From positions 18,166,001-18,230,000 of the forward strand of contig OX597828.1 of NCBI GenBank assembly GCA_951406725.2: a stretch of 64,000 nucleotides of DNA, in the 5' to 3' direction. Numbering within the stretch: the stretch's first letter is position 1; every line of letters begins with the position of its first letter. The DNA is from Octopus vulgaris. Taxonomy: Eukaryota. Of this stretch, positions 41,532 through 53,437 are shown one piece after another. The position numbers and the translations under genes were made by a program. The notes under the pieces are model-generated. The model did no database searches. It was given only the letters and a program-made list of their open reading frames with translations, and was not told the origin of the DNA.

Positions 41532-42801
41532 TCACGCCATCCCATAAGTTTTGACCGATTTTACCATTTTTAAAATTGAATGAACTTTAATAGTATTTTA
41601 GAATGTGTAATGGAATTAAAAATTATTTTTGTACATTTAAAGTAATCATATATTACAGAATAATACAATTAAATTTCTTTGATTAAAACCCTTTCTAACA
41701 TGGAAGTATCCAAAGAGCATTTGAGGCACATAATGCTTTATGAGTACAAAAAAAGGAAACTCTGCAGCCGAAGCGATTCGAAACATACACTTTGTTTATG
41801 GGAAAGAATGCTTGAATGAAAGAACTTGCAGAAGATGGTTTGCAAGATTTAGAAGTGAAGATTTCAGCCTTGAAGACGAAGGTCGAACAGGTAGTTCAGT
41901 TGAGTTTGATGATAAGCTCCTTAAGGCATTACTTGAAGTAAACCCTGCGTTATCAGTAGAAGAATTGGCAATAAAGCTTAGTTCAAACTATACTACTGTT
42001 CCTCCTCATCTTCAACAACTTGGAATGGTTCCTAAACTTGGAAAATGGGTGCCTCTTGAATCGTTTGAAAGCAACCGCAAATCTCGAGTTGACGTCTGCT
42101 CTTCTCTCCATTTTCGCAAACTCATTTCACCCTCTTTGGATAGACTTATGACTGGTGACGAAAAATGGATCTTCTATCGAAATGTTAAACGTTGTAAACA
42201 GTGGCTTCGGAAAAGGGAAAAAGCTCAACCACAACCGAGAAGGGAACTTCATGGAAAAAATGTTCTTCTTTCTATCAGGTGGGATTGCAAAGGAGTAATT
42301 CACTTTAAACTGTTACCACCTAATACAACAATCACTGCTTAAGTCTGCTGTCAGCAATTAGAGAATTTGAACCAAGCTTTGAAGAAAAAAAGAACCGCTT
42401 TAGTGAATCGAAAAGGAGTGATGTTTCATCAGGACAATGCGCGATCCCACACTGCAAAGATCATATTACAGAAGATCGAAGAACTTGGTTAGAAAAATAT
42501 TCCTCTTCCACCTTATTCTCCCAACCATGCTCCTTCAGACTACCATTTGTTTCATAGATTACAGAATCATTTGGGGGACATAACTTTCGCAAGCCAGGAG
42601 GAGGTCGAGACTGACATTTCAGAGTTCTTCGCTTTGAAACCAAAAGAATTTTACATTGATGAGATTAAAAAGCTTGTAAATAGATGGAAGGAAGTCATAG
42701 ATAATCAAGGAAAGTACATTGATGATTAAATTTCAGTTAAATATAACATTTGCTCTCTTGTCTTTATTTAAAATTTGGACAGAAATTATGGGATGACTTG
42801 A
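41532..42801 (+). mobile_element. Full-length mariner transposon (1270 bp), inactive
   Basis: Imperfect TIRs of about 30 bp (tcacgccatcccataagttttgaccgattt / aaatttggacagaaattatgggatgacttga) and TA TSDs at 41530-41531 and 42802-42803. Confidence 0.95.
41700..42729 (+). pseudogene. Mariner DD34D transposase pseudogene (Hsmar1/cecropia-like)
   Basis: MEVSKEHLRHIMLYEYKK, then a frameshift in an A-run, followed by GKWVP, TGDEKW, HQDNARSH and PYSPNHAPSDYHLF, with two in-frame stops (about 42340 and 42490). Confidence 0.93.
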
Positions 42802-42984
42802 TAGATCACTTTAAACATAAGGTTTGTATTGCAAAACCAGGAGCGTCCTTGAGAGGTTTCGGGTATTTATGTAGACGCGAGTAGAGACACATTCTCGCCC
42901 TCTCCCCTATCTCTTAATTCAGAATATTTCAGGTGAATCAACTGGAGGAAGAGGAGGCTGCACAAGCAATCGGCTCATATATAT

Positions 42985-43320
42985 TTTGCTATGGTTCAGT
43001 GGTTAGAGCTTCGGGCTCACAATCATGAGGTAGCGAGTTCGGTTCCCGTACTGGGCTGTTTATTGTGTCCTTGAGCAAGACACTTTACTTCACGTTGCTC
43101 CAGTTTACTCATCTATAGAAATGAGTTGCGACGTCATTGGTGCCAAGCTGTATTGACCTTTGCCTTTTCCTTGGATAACATGGAAAGGGGAGACTGCTAT
43201 GCTTGGGCGACTGAGGGTCCTCTATAAAACAACCTTGCCCGGACTTGTGCCTCAGATGGGAACATTCTGGGTGCAATCTCATGTTCATTCATGACCGAAG
43301 GGGGTCTTTACTTTTTTACC
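42985..43320 (+). mobile_element. tRNA-derived SINE with tail catgaccgaagggggtctttac
   Basis: A box tggttcagtgg and B box gagttcggttcc. The tail recurs inverted at about 47497-47530. Confidence 0.75.
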
Positions 43321-43659
43321 CTTTCGATTTTCTACTGAATAGACTAAATTAAGTTGAACTGCTTCAGGATGCAACAGGAGTCTCTATCGAGGAATTGAGT
43401 TCGCGATTTGATGATCGTGGTCCAAACATTTAAACCGCTATCCTAGGTGCCTTAACGATGATGTTGGCTAAAAGCAGCAACGTTTCACGGAGATGTCGAG
43501 GAGTGGATAAGAAGCTCGCTTTGCAATCACATGGTTTCGGGTTCGTTCCTACGTAGACGACTGTCCTAATGCCTAGTGAGTGAATTTGGTAGATGAAGAC
43601 TGTGAGGAATCCCTAATTCTAACTCCTGGACACCGCATCCACAAAGAATGTAAGATAGG

Positions 43660-43965
43660 CAAAATTCTTTCATTAATACAGTACAACTACAGCACACACA
43701 TGGGGGTTCGTCCATCTGCCTATGTTTCTGCTAATGCAACACCATCTTCCCATGCAAATTATCGGGATTCCTTCTCACTCCAACCTTACCCCGTGCTCTA
43801 TATTTCTACTTTGTCTAACTTTCTCAAACCCTGCAATTAAACACTATTCGCTATCATTGCTTAACGGAACTGTAGCCCAATGGAATTCACTTGCGCTTGT
43901 TAAAGTTTTGTACAACAGGCATTAAACCTTCGGTAATTCAAGGTGAACATACTGTATATCAATCG
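43660..43965 (+). mobile_element. Decayed L2/CR1-group LINE 3' fragment
   Basis: HYSLSLLNGTVAQWNSL...LNLR*FKVNI resembles the SF..R....WN.L...FK C-terminal motif. Confidence 0.45.
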
Positions 43966-44510
43966 CAACAATACGAAAACTCGAGATTTGCAAATATCTT
44001 GTGCATCATCGTTTAACTTCCTATTATATACACATTCATGCATACACGCGCATTCACAAAAACAAACACACATATATAAGACCCACTCAAACATATGTAC
44101 ATACGCAGATACATATAATTTGAGTGTGTGTGTATTTATGTGTATATATATATATATAAATATACGCACACACATATATATGTATGCATATATAACTATC
44201 TACGTACATGTGGGTATATATCTATATATATTCATACATACATAACACCCACCCAAACGGATGTACATATACAGATACATATAATGTGAGTGCGTGTATA
44301 TAAATATATATATATATATGTGTGTATGTGTGTAGGTGTATGTGTAGGTATATGTATATACGTATATCTATACACCCCCACACATATATATATATATATA
44401 TATAAATATATACGCATGTATATATAATTATATAGGTACATGTTCGTGTATCTCTCTTTATATATATTCATACATACGTTTATAAGTATATACTTATACA
44501 TGTTTTATGC

Positions 44511-44556
<46 letters not shown>

Positions 44557-45441
44557 GCATATGTACGTTTGTGTGTGTATAAATATAAGTATATATACAT
44601 GTATGTATGTATGTATGTATGTATGTATGTATGTATGTATGTATATATGTATGTACGTACGGATCTTTGTATCTATGTATGCATGTGCGTATCAGTATAA
44701 AAAAAAAAGCAACCAGATATTTGCTGTCATACGCACTTACATGTTCACACGTGTAAGAAAATTGAGCGTTTGATTGCATATCAATGCGCGTTGGATGTAC
44801 ACACCCTAAATCTCAGCCTGATTATAGATTTCTTCTATCTCCCGGAAACGTGTACATCACTTTAATTACAACGTTTCCTTGCTAAGCGAATGCACATGCG
44901 GAAGAAAATACTATACATCAGAATAATTAGAGCTTATGTCGAAAGTGTAATATATAGCTGTAATGACCAGCCCAGGATATATAATGTTATAAATGAAAAT
45001 AGAAGAACAGGAGGAACAATAGCAGAGATATACTGATATCCGCGTGTGTATATGTATATATATATATATATATGTATATGTATATGTATATGTATATACA
45101 TAATATATATATATATATATGTATATGTATATGTATATGTATATGCATGTATGTATGTATGTATGTATGTATGTATGCATGGTATAGCAAAATATTTTGC
45201 CAATGTGCTGCGCTCGTAAATACTTTAAATGCTTGCCATTAGTAAAATGACAATAGGAATGCATTCTATGTTCACCAATATGTAAAATCTGCGAAAATAC
45301 ATAGTGCAATGCAATAGATGTGTTGAGCGTCACCCGTACACAAGCATCGCATATACATACATATGCACATACACACACACATATATATATATATATATAT
45401 GTATATACATACATACATACACGTACACACATCTACACACA

Positions 45442-45478
<37 letters not shown>

Positions 45479-45595
45479 GTAGTCAATCTCATCATGAAAT
45501 AGCCCTTCCCCTATCACACTTTGTATACATATGCGTGTACGCATGTGCACGCGTATGTGCATGTAAGTATGTATAGATACATATATAGATATGAT

Positions 45596-45638
<43 letters not shown>

Positions 45639-45642
45639 AGGG

Positions 45643-45674
<32 letters not shown>

Positions 45675-46117
45675 TATATATATTATACTATAGTATGAAA
45701 ATATATGCAACCCCACACACACACATACGCAAAAATGTGTGCATATGTATGACGGGCAGGTTAGCCTGAGTGGTTGAAAAGCTATCTTTAAAACAAAGTG
45801 GTTTTGAGTTCAATTGGGTGCAACCTCACTGCACGGGCACACACCCTCTTTGCATACATGTGTGTATATATATATGTGTGTGTGTATGGATATTGTATAA
45901 ATGTATATATATATACACGCACATTTACGCCATATCCATACATACAATACCCAAACGTAGTTACATAGTCATAGATAGATATATACATACGAATATGCAT
46001 ACATACATACAACAAAACATACAAATCTGCACATATACATACATACATACATACAAACATACAAACATACATACATACATACATACATACATACATACGT
46101 ACATACATACATACATT

Positions 46118-47492
46118 GATACAAAAGTATCGTGTTGTTGATGTTGAATTTCCAAAGAAGGAGTCTTTGCTTCTGAGTTTAAAAAAGGGCTTTCTCCGTT
46201 GGCAAGAAACTTTGAAATAAAACTGAATAATGGCATACGCACGCGCGCGCGCGCATGCATACATACATACATACATACATACATACAAACATACATACAT
46301 ACATACATACATACATACATACATACATACATACATACATACATACATACATACATACATACATACATACATACATACATACATACATACATACATACAT
46401 ACATACATACATACATACATACATACATACATACATACATACATACATACATACTTACTTACTTACAATAAATTGCAAACACAATAGACCTGATATAATG
46501 ATTTAGGATCTATCCCAAATCATTCTGTACTGTTGTTGAAAACAGCTGCCCAACGGTTGTTAACTGCGCTATTGAGAAATCTGCAGTTACCCTATCCAGA
46601 TTACAAGTTCAAATTTATAGCTGTAATTATTGAGGCACTGGGATATGCAACCCATTGCCTAAATACCAATCTTGAGAAATTAGGCTTCTCAAACGAAACG
46701 GGGAAAACACATTCGAAGACTACAGTTTCATGCCATCGCTAGAACTGTAAAAATCTGTAAAACTCTCTAGAAGTTTATCATTACATACATACATACAAAA
46801 ATACCTAGTTGAAGTTGTAAAGTCAGAGAAATGAAAGAACCTTGCACATTTGTTAGAAACCAGTTCTTTATCGGCAAGAAATCTTGAAATAAAACTGAAC
46901 AATGACATACATATGCACATACACATATACATATATACGCACATAAGCACATACATGCAAGTATGTACATACATACATGCATGCATACATACATACATAT
47001 ATACATACATACATGCATGCATGCATACATACATACATACATACATACATACATACATACATACATACATACATACATACATGCATACCTACACACAAAC
47101 ATATATATATATGCGGATGGACGTATGGACGGAGATATATTGTTACATATCGATGAGACATGATGTTGTATTCAAGAAACTGTTCAATGACATTCGACTG
47201 AAGCATAATCCTGAGACCAAAAATATAAGAACCTACGATCAGGTAGGTTCTTATATTAGTCATAATAAGAAAGAGTACTTTTGGAATGTCTTATTTAAAA
47301 CCTCAGTAAAATGCAAACATAACGGAACCGACATTGGTATTTGGGACGGCTAAACAGAAACTCTGTACATTTGTAGTAATTAGTTGCGCAGTGGATATGA
47401 ACATAGATCTAGAGACCTGTGAAAAAGAAAACATCTACCCTGAACTATTAAGAAAATTACAGCTTTCTCATTCATATTACAAGATAAGATTT
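46118..47492 (+). mobile_element. Cluster of three RLE-type LINE fragments separated by (CATA)n tracts
   Basis: 3' UTR at 46120-46235; CKHNRPDIMI...LLRNLQLPYPDYKFKF...LNTNLEKLGFS plus UTR at 46460-46905; KKEYFWNV...KCKHNGTDIGIWD...ISCAVD...EKENIYPELLRKLQL at 47155-47492. Confidence 0.8.
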
Positions 47493-47534
47493 AAATGGGT
47501 AAAGACCCCCTTCGGTCAAGAATGACCATGAGCT

Positions 47535-47804
47535 TTCACTATAGCCTCGGGCCGATCAAAGCCTTGTGAGTGGATTTGGTAGACGGAAACTGAAAGGAAC
47601 CCATCATAAATATATATGTATATATTTTTTTGTGTTTGTGTCTGTGTCTATCTCCCCACCATCGCTTGACAACCGATGCTGGTGTGTTTACGTCTCTGTA
47701 CCATGCTTAAAAGGATTAATTCCAGGGATCGATATCTTCAAATTAAAGGCGGTGCTACAGCATGGACTCAGTCAAATTGACTGAAACAAGAAAAAGAAAA
47801 AAGA

Positions 47805-47897
<93 letters not shown>

Positions 47898-48155
47898 ATT
47901 AAAACAAAACATATCTGTACATATATTTTATCTTTTAGTTGTTTGCCATTAAACTGAGGCCAAGCTTGGAAACCGCCTTCAAGAATCGTTAGTCGAATAT
48001 ATCAATGCAAGGACTTACATTTTTTTAAATCTGGGAGTTATTCTTTCGGTATTTTTTCTTGACGAACCGCTAAGTTACGTTGACCTTAAATAAGCCAACG
48101 CCTGTTGTCAGGCAGTGGTGGGAGACAAACACAGGCACAACGACACACACACAGA
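47535..48155. mobile_element. Two partial SINE family A copies in tail-to-tail orientation (47535-47800 plus; about 47930-48155 minus)
   Basis: Similarity to other family A copies. Confidence 0.75.
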
Positions 48156-48158
48156 TAG

Positions 48159-48235
<77 letters not shown>

Positions 48236-48279
48236 AATCTGTAAATAGTGGGGTTGTGTTAACCGCGCGTGGAGAAATG

Positions 48280-49013
48280 ATAGGAATGGAAAAATTATAT
48301 GTCAGAATGCTAAATTTAAAGTAAATTTTAATAAAAACATGGGTGTATGGAGAATTGAAAAAGAAAAAATAATAAATCAAACCGGTTTTCATTGTAAAGG
48401 CCAATTTTCAAGAATTAGAAGCGGAAAAATTTTTTTTATTAAATTGAGGAAGGGGGAAAAAGAAATTTACAATGTTTTTTCAAAAAAATAATAATACATA
48501 TATACAAAAATTGATAAATAAGTATACCAATCCATTGTAGAGTCTTTATGCTTTTAGAGTTCAATAATAGTCCTTGGAAAAACTTCTTTGGGGGATTAGG
48601 ATGCATGTGTTTTAAATGTATTGTACATTTTGAAAAATAGGGTGATTGTGTGTCAACACAGGAAATGGGGCAGGAGTTATCCTATACACAACATTTAAAA
48701 CACATGCATCCTAATCCTCCAAAGAAGTTTTTCCAAGGACTATTATTGAACTCTAAAAGCATAAAGATTCTACAATGGATTGGTATACTTATTTATTAAT
48801 TTTTGTATATATGTATTATTATTTTTTAGAAAAAACATTATAAAATTCTTTTTCCCCTTCGTCAATTTAAAAAAAAAAATTATCCCTTCTAAATCTTGAA
48901 AATTTGCCTTGCAATGAAAACCGATTGATTTATTATTTTTTAATTCTTCATACACCCATTTTTATTAAAATTTACTTTCAATTTAGCATCTGCCTTATAA
49001 TTTTTCCTTTCCT
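48280..49013. repeat. Large inverted repeat with arms of about 330 bp and a spacer of about 70 bp
   Basis: 48280-48618 is the reverse complement of 48691-49013; the inner 130 bp or so are almost identical. Confidence 0.92.
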
Positions 49014-49021
49014 ATATATAT

Positions 49022-49093
<72 letters not shown>

Positions 49094-49147
49094 GTAGGTA
49101 GTTAGGTAGGTAAGTAAGTAGGTAGGTTGGTAGGTAGATAGATATAT

Positions 49148-49195
<48 letters not shown>

Positions 49196-49197
49196 TA

Positions 49198-49355
49198 CGT
49201 CGAGCTCATTTCAGTTTCGGTCCGACCAAATCCACTTTCAAGTGTTTGGTCGAACCGAGACTATAGTAGGAGACGCCCATCATACCACACAGTGGGACTG
49301 AACCCGGAACCATGTGGATGGAAATCAAGCTTCATACCACACACCCACGCCTGCA
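49198..49355 (-). mobile_element. SINE family A 5' half
   Basis: catttcagtttcggtccgaccaaatccact...gggactgaacccggaaccatgtgg, abutting (GATA)n. Confidence 0.8.
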
Positions 49356-50328
49356 ACTACGCACACATATATAATTATATATGCACAATTATCTGATTGA
49401 CGTTGAAATTCCAATGAAGGAGGCTTGGATCTAGGCTAGAAACTGGATCTTTCGCTATTGACATGGAATGTAGAAATAAAAGCAAATAAGACACGTCTTA
49501 ATCAGCAACCATGTTCTTACTGCTACTAAGACGGAACCCACTTGTTCTTTATTGGAAAAGAAACAAGTATTTCGTTGTAAAGTTCTTCGATGTTTCCAAT
49601 CGAAACTACTGCGTGCTATATTTGAAGAAATGGTAATTGATTTTTGGTATTTAATGTAAATATGAAGACTGCAAAAATATTCAAAGAAATAAATGAGTTG
49701 CAGAAGAGGCTGAAGCATGTGATCTATACGGAAGATTCTTGTGCAGATAATATGTATATGCAATTTTAAAACGGCATATTCTTCATCAAATTTAATGAAG
49801 ATTGCGAGATTGCAACATAAGAAGCGCTAAAGAAATGATACCTACCAAAAAAAAAAAAAAACGCGAGAGAGAAAGACAAAAAAATATAAATAAATAAACT
49901 AAAATATCGAAATCTTGCAGCTCTCTCTCTATATATATATATGTATCTAAGTAACCTCGTGTAGTAATATTTAGAACATTGCACGAAGCGCTGGAGATTA
50001 TAGATACGTAATATTTATTTCTTACATGCGAGAAATAATTTGGTACTTGAAACGGCTCAATACTATTTTACAAGATGTTTTATACAAGTGGTGGTGCGAG
50101 TGAGAGAAGATAGGAAGAAAAGGGCAGGAGAAAGAGGAACTGAGAAAGAGAGAGAGAGAGAAAGAGAGGGAGTGAGAGAGAAAGGAGGAGAGAGGCATGT
50201 GTGTGTGGTTAAAAACTGTAAAAGCTTATAAGCTTCATATTTCGAACGTAAGTAAAAGTGTCGTTTAAGGACATCTTGTCTTGATGAAGTGTAAGTGTGC
50301 GTGTATAAATGAACATATATATATATAT

Positions 50329-50376
<48 letters not shown>

Positions 50377-50919
50377 GTATTTATGTATGTATGTATGTAT
50401 TTATTTATTTATTTATATTTGTATTTACATATATATACATGAACATATATGTATATATATACATATATATTTATATACATACATATATATATATACATAT
50501 ATATATATATGTATGTATGTATTTATTTAGTTATATTTGTATTTACATATGTATGTTTGTACATATACATATGTGTGTCTATGTATATGTATATATATAT
50601 ATATATATATACACGTATGTGTGTGTGTTTGTATATACTCACGTACTTAGGTAGATATGATTTGTTGTAGATGCATGCGTATGTGTTTATATACGTACGT
50701 ACGTATGTGTGGGAGAATGAATCCATATGTATAAATAGATTTCTTGATAAAAATATGTGGTCACATAGCAGAAGGTTCCAGATCAGATCCGGAAAGGAAT
50801 AGGCTCTGGGAGACTCCTTTTTCGTTTAAGCGCTAAAGACACAAAGTGGCATCAGAAGTCAGGTGTCGAGCACCTTTGACATATTATGCGTCTTTTTAAC
50901 GTATATTTTCTACTTCTTA

Positions 50920-51935
50920 CATGCTTCATTCATTAGATTGCAACCCTGCTGTGGGTGGGGTGGGCGCTTTGGAGAATTTTCGTATCGGGAATCTACCTCA
51001 TTACTTATTTATGTCTTCAAGCCTCGTACTTACTCTATCAGTTTCTTTTGCTGAACCCTTATGTTACTGGAACATGAACTCGTCTACACCGTCTGTCAAA
51101 TGGTGGTGGATCAAACCTTGACACAAAGACACACACACACACATATGTGACGTGCTTCTTTCAGTTTCCGCTTACCAAATCCTCTCATAGCAATTTGGTA
51201 GAAAATATTTGCCCAAGATACCACGCAATGGGACTGAACCCAGATGTATGCTGTTACGAAGCAAATTTCTTACCACAGAGACGCAGCTGCAACTTTATAT
51301 GAACACATTTGTGTAAATACTGTACATAATAAATATATACCGGGTAAGTAGTGGAATCGATGTAATTGACTTACTCTCTCCCACGAAATTGCTAACTTTG
51401 CGCCATATTAGGAACCAATATTATTTTCTTCAGTTAGGTGATGTGAGCTACCAGAATCGTTAGTACGCCGGGCAAAATGCTTACCGACGTTTCGTCTGTC
51501 TTTATGTTCTGAGTTCAAATTCTGCAGAGGTCGACTTCGCTTTTTTTTTGTAGGCGCAGGAGTGGCAGAATGGTAAATAGCTTGTTCACCAACCACATGA
51601 TTCCGAGTTCATTCCCACTGCCTGGCACCTTCTGCTATAGCCTCGGGCCGACCAAAAACTTGTGAGTGGATTTGGTAGACGGAAACGGAAAGAAGCCCGT
51701 CGGAGATATGTATGTGTGTATGTGTTTGTGCGTCTGTGTTTGTCCCGCCAACATCGCTTGACAACCGATGGTGGTGTGTTTACGTCCCCGTAACTTAGCG
51801 GTTCGACTTAAGAGACTGATAGAATAAGTACTAGGCTTCCAAAGAATAAGACCTGGGGTTGATTTGCTCGACTAAAGGCGGTGGTCCAGCATCGCCGCAG
51901 TCAAATGACTGAAACAAGTAAAAGAGAAAAAGAGA
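50920..51935. mobile_element. Head-to-head SINE family A pair (50920-51290 minus; 51552-51935 plus) with family B fragments between them
   Basis: Similarity to other copies in the window. Confidence 0.85.
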
Positions 51936-51938
51936 AAG

Positions 51939-51969
<31 letters not shown>

Positions 51970-52275
51970 TAAATTTATTATATGTATATATTTGTGTGCG
52001 TAAATGTTTCTGCTTAAGTATGTGTGTGCATGGACGTTCTTCATGATTGTATTGTAGAAGATAAGAGTAGTGTGGAATTGGAAACTTCAGTTGAATCTAA
52101 AGAAAAAAGATAGAACAGAAAAATAACACGAAAATTCAAATTAACTTAATTTATTAAATTATAAACTCTGCAATAAATTATTTCTTTGCCGGAGGCAGAA
52201 AAATATATTCCTCTAGGACTATCGTACAGAGTTATATGTCTGTTAATGTATGTGTGTGTGTGAGAGAGAGAGGGT

Positions 52276-52321
<46 letters not shown>

Positions 52322-52512
52322 TATTGTATAAGAATATATGTTTACTCGGGTATCGCCGTGGTTGTTCATGGCTGTTTTCATCGCTCACAAGCATCTTGTA
52401 GATGTAATGAAGATATTTGTCTACACTACGTCTTAAGTTCTACAACTGATAATATTTGCATCGCATACAATATGTGTGTGTGTGTCTATGTGTGTGTGTG
52501 TGTGTGTATTGA

Positions 52513-52924
52513 GATGTCAGATTAACTCGTTTGTCTAAGGAAAGAGGAACTTCAACCATGTTTCGTGGTCTGCTACCACAACAGACCCTTTATATGATCC
52601 AGTTACCTGAAGACATCATCAGGTTGAACCACGTCCGGTTTCGGCCCCTACTGCTCTACCGTTTTAACTTGCCCCCCCCTCGTCCTTTCGGAGGTGTCTT
52701 CAGCTCTGGTGTTGAGTGCATGTTTTCTTTCTCTTTCTTTCTTCTGTTTCTTGGCCTCTTCGATGTAGCGTTAATGAGTGTCAACGGGCGACTGACTGTC
52801 TTGTCAAATTTCCCTTTAAATACCCACTGCTAGATTCCAGCAGGCAGTCCCACCAAGTTGTCATGTGACACTGTCTAAACATGTGTGTGTGTGTGTTGGG
52901 ATGTCAGATTAACTCATTTGTCTA
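52513..52924 (-). mobile_element. Probable solo Penelope-like terminal repeat with a degenerate hammerhead motif
   Basis: Direct repeat gatgtcagattaactc(g/a)tttgtcta at both ends. The minus strand reads TTCAAC-CTGATGA...GAAACATG-GTTGAA (52551-52628). Confidence 0.45.
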
Positions 52925-53262
52925 TATTTATATTTCAGCAATAATTTTAACAAATCAGTTAATAAAACAGAGATGTACTTGCATCGCAAGTGACCTGATC
53001 TGAGATCGTGAGCGGGAACTAAAACAATTGCAGTGTGTAAGCCATTTAAGAAACACGCAAAACCGTTAGATTCACCACAAAATTTTAATTTAATTTGCCA
53101 AAATATTTTGGCAAATTAAATTTTGTCAAATTAATATTTGGGTCAATTCCTTAGTAGACAGACACGGATCTTTGAGGTTGTACTCGTTCAATGGAACCTC
53201 ATTGAAGTGAATAATTCGGCTGGAATGAAACTCGTAGATGCTATGAGATCGAATTTTCTTAC

Positions 53263-53437
53263 CTTCGTGCTTCGGAGATCATGTCTGGGCAGTTCTTTTT
53301 GTAAAAGTACCTTCTTCGTACGGACGAAAAATGTCTTAAGCGACCTTGACAGCTTCGGAACATGAGCTGAGAGCGAAGAAAAGCACATGTCAAAACTGCT
53401 CATTTCGTTTTCGACTTGGCACCATGCAGTCGTATGT
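53263..53437 (-). other. Candidate 175-nt exon with one fully open frame
   Basis: Strong acceptor tctctcctcttttcag and strong donor AAG|GTAAGA. The open frame HTTAWCQVENEMSSFDMCFSSLSAHVPKLSRSLKTFFVRTKKVLLQKELPRHDLRSTK ends in phase 0. Confidence 0.55.
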
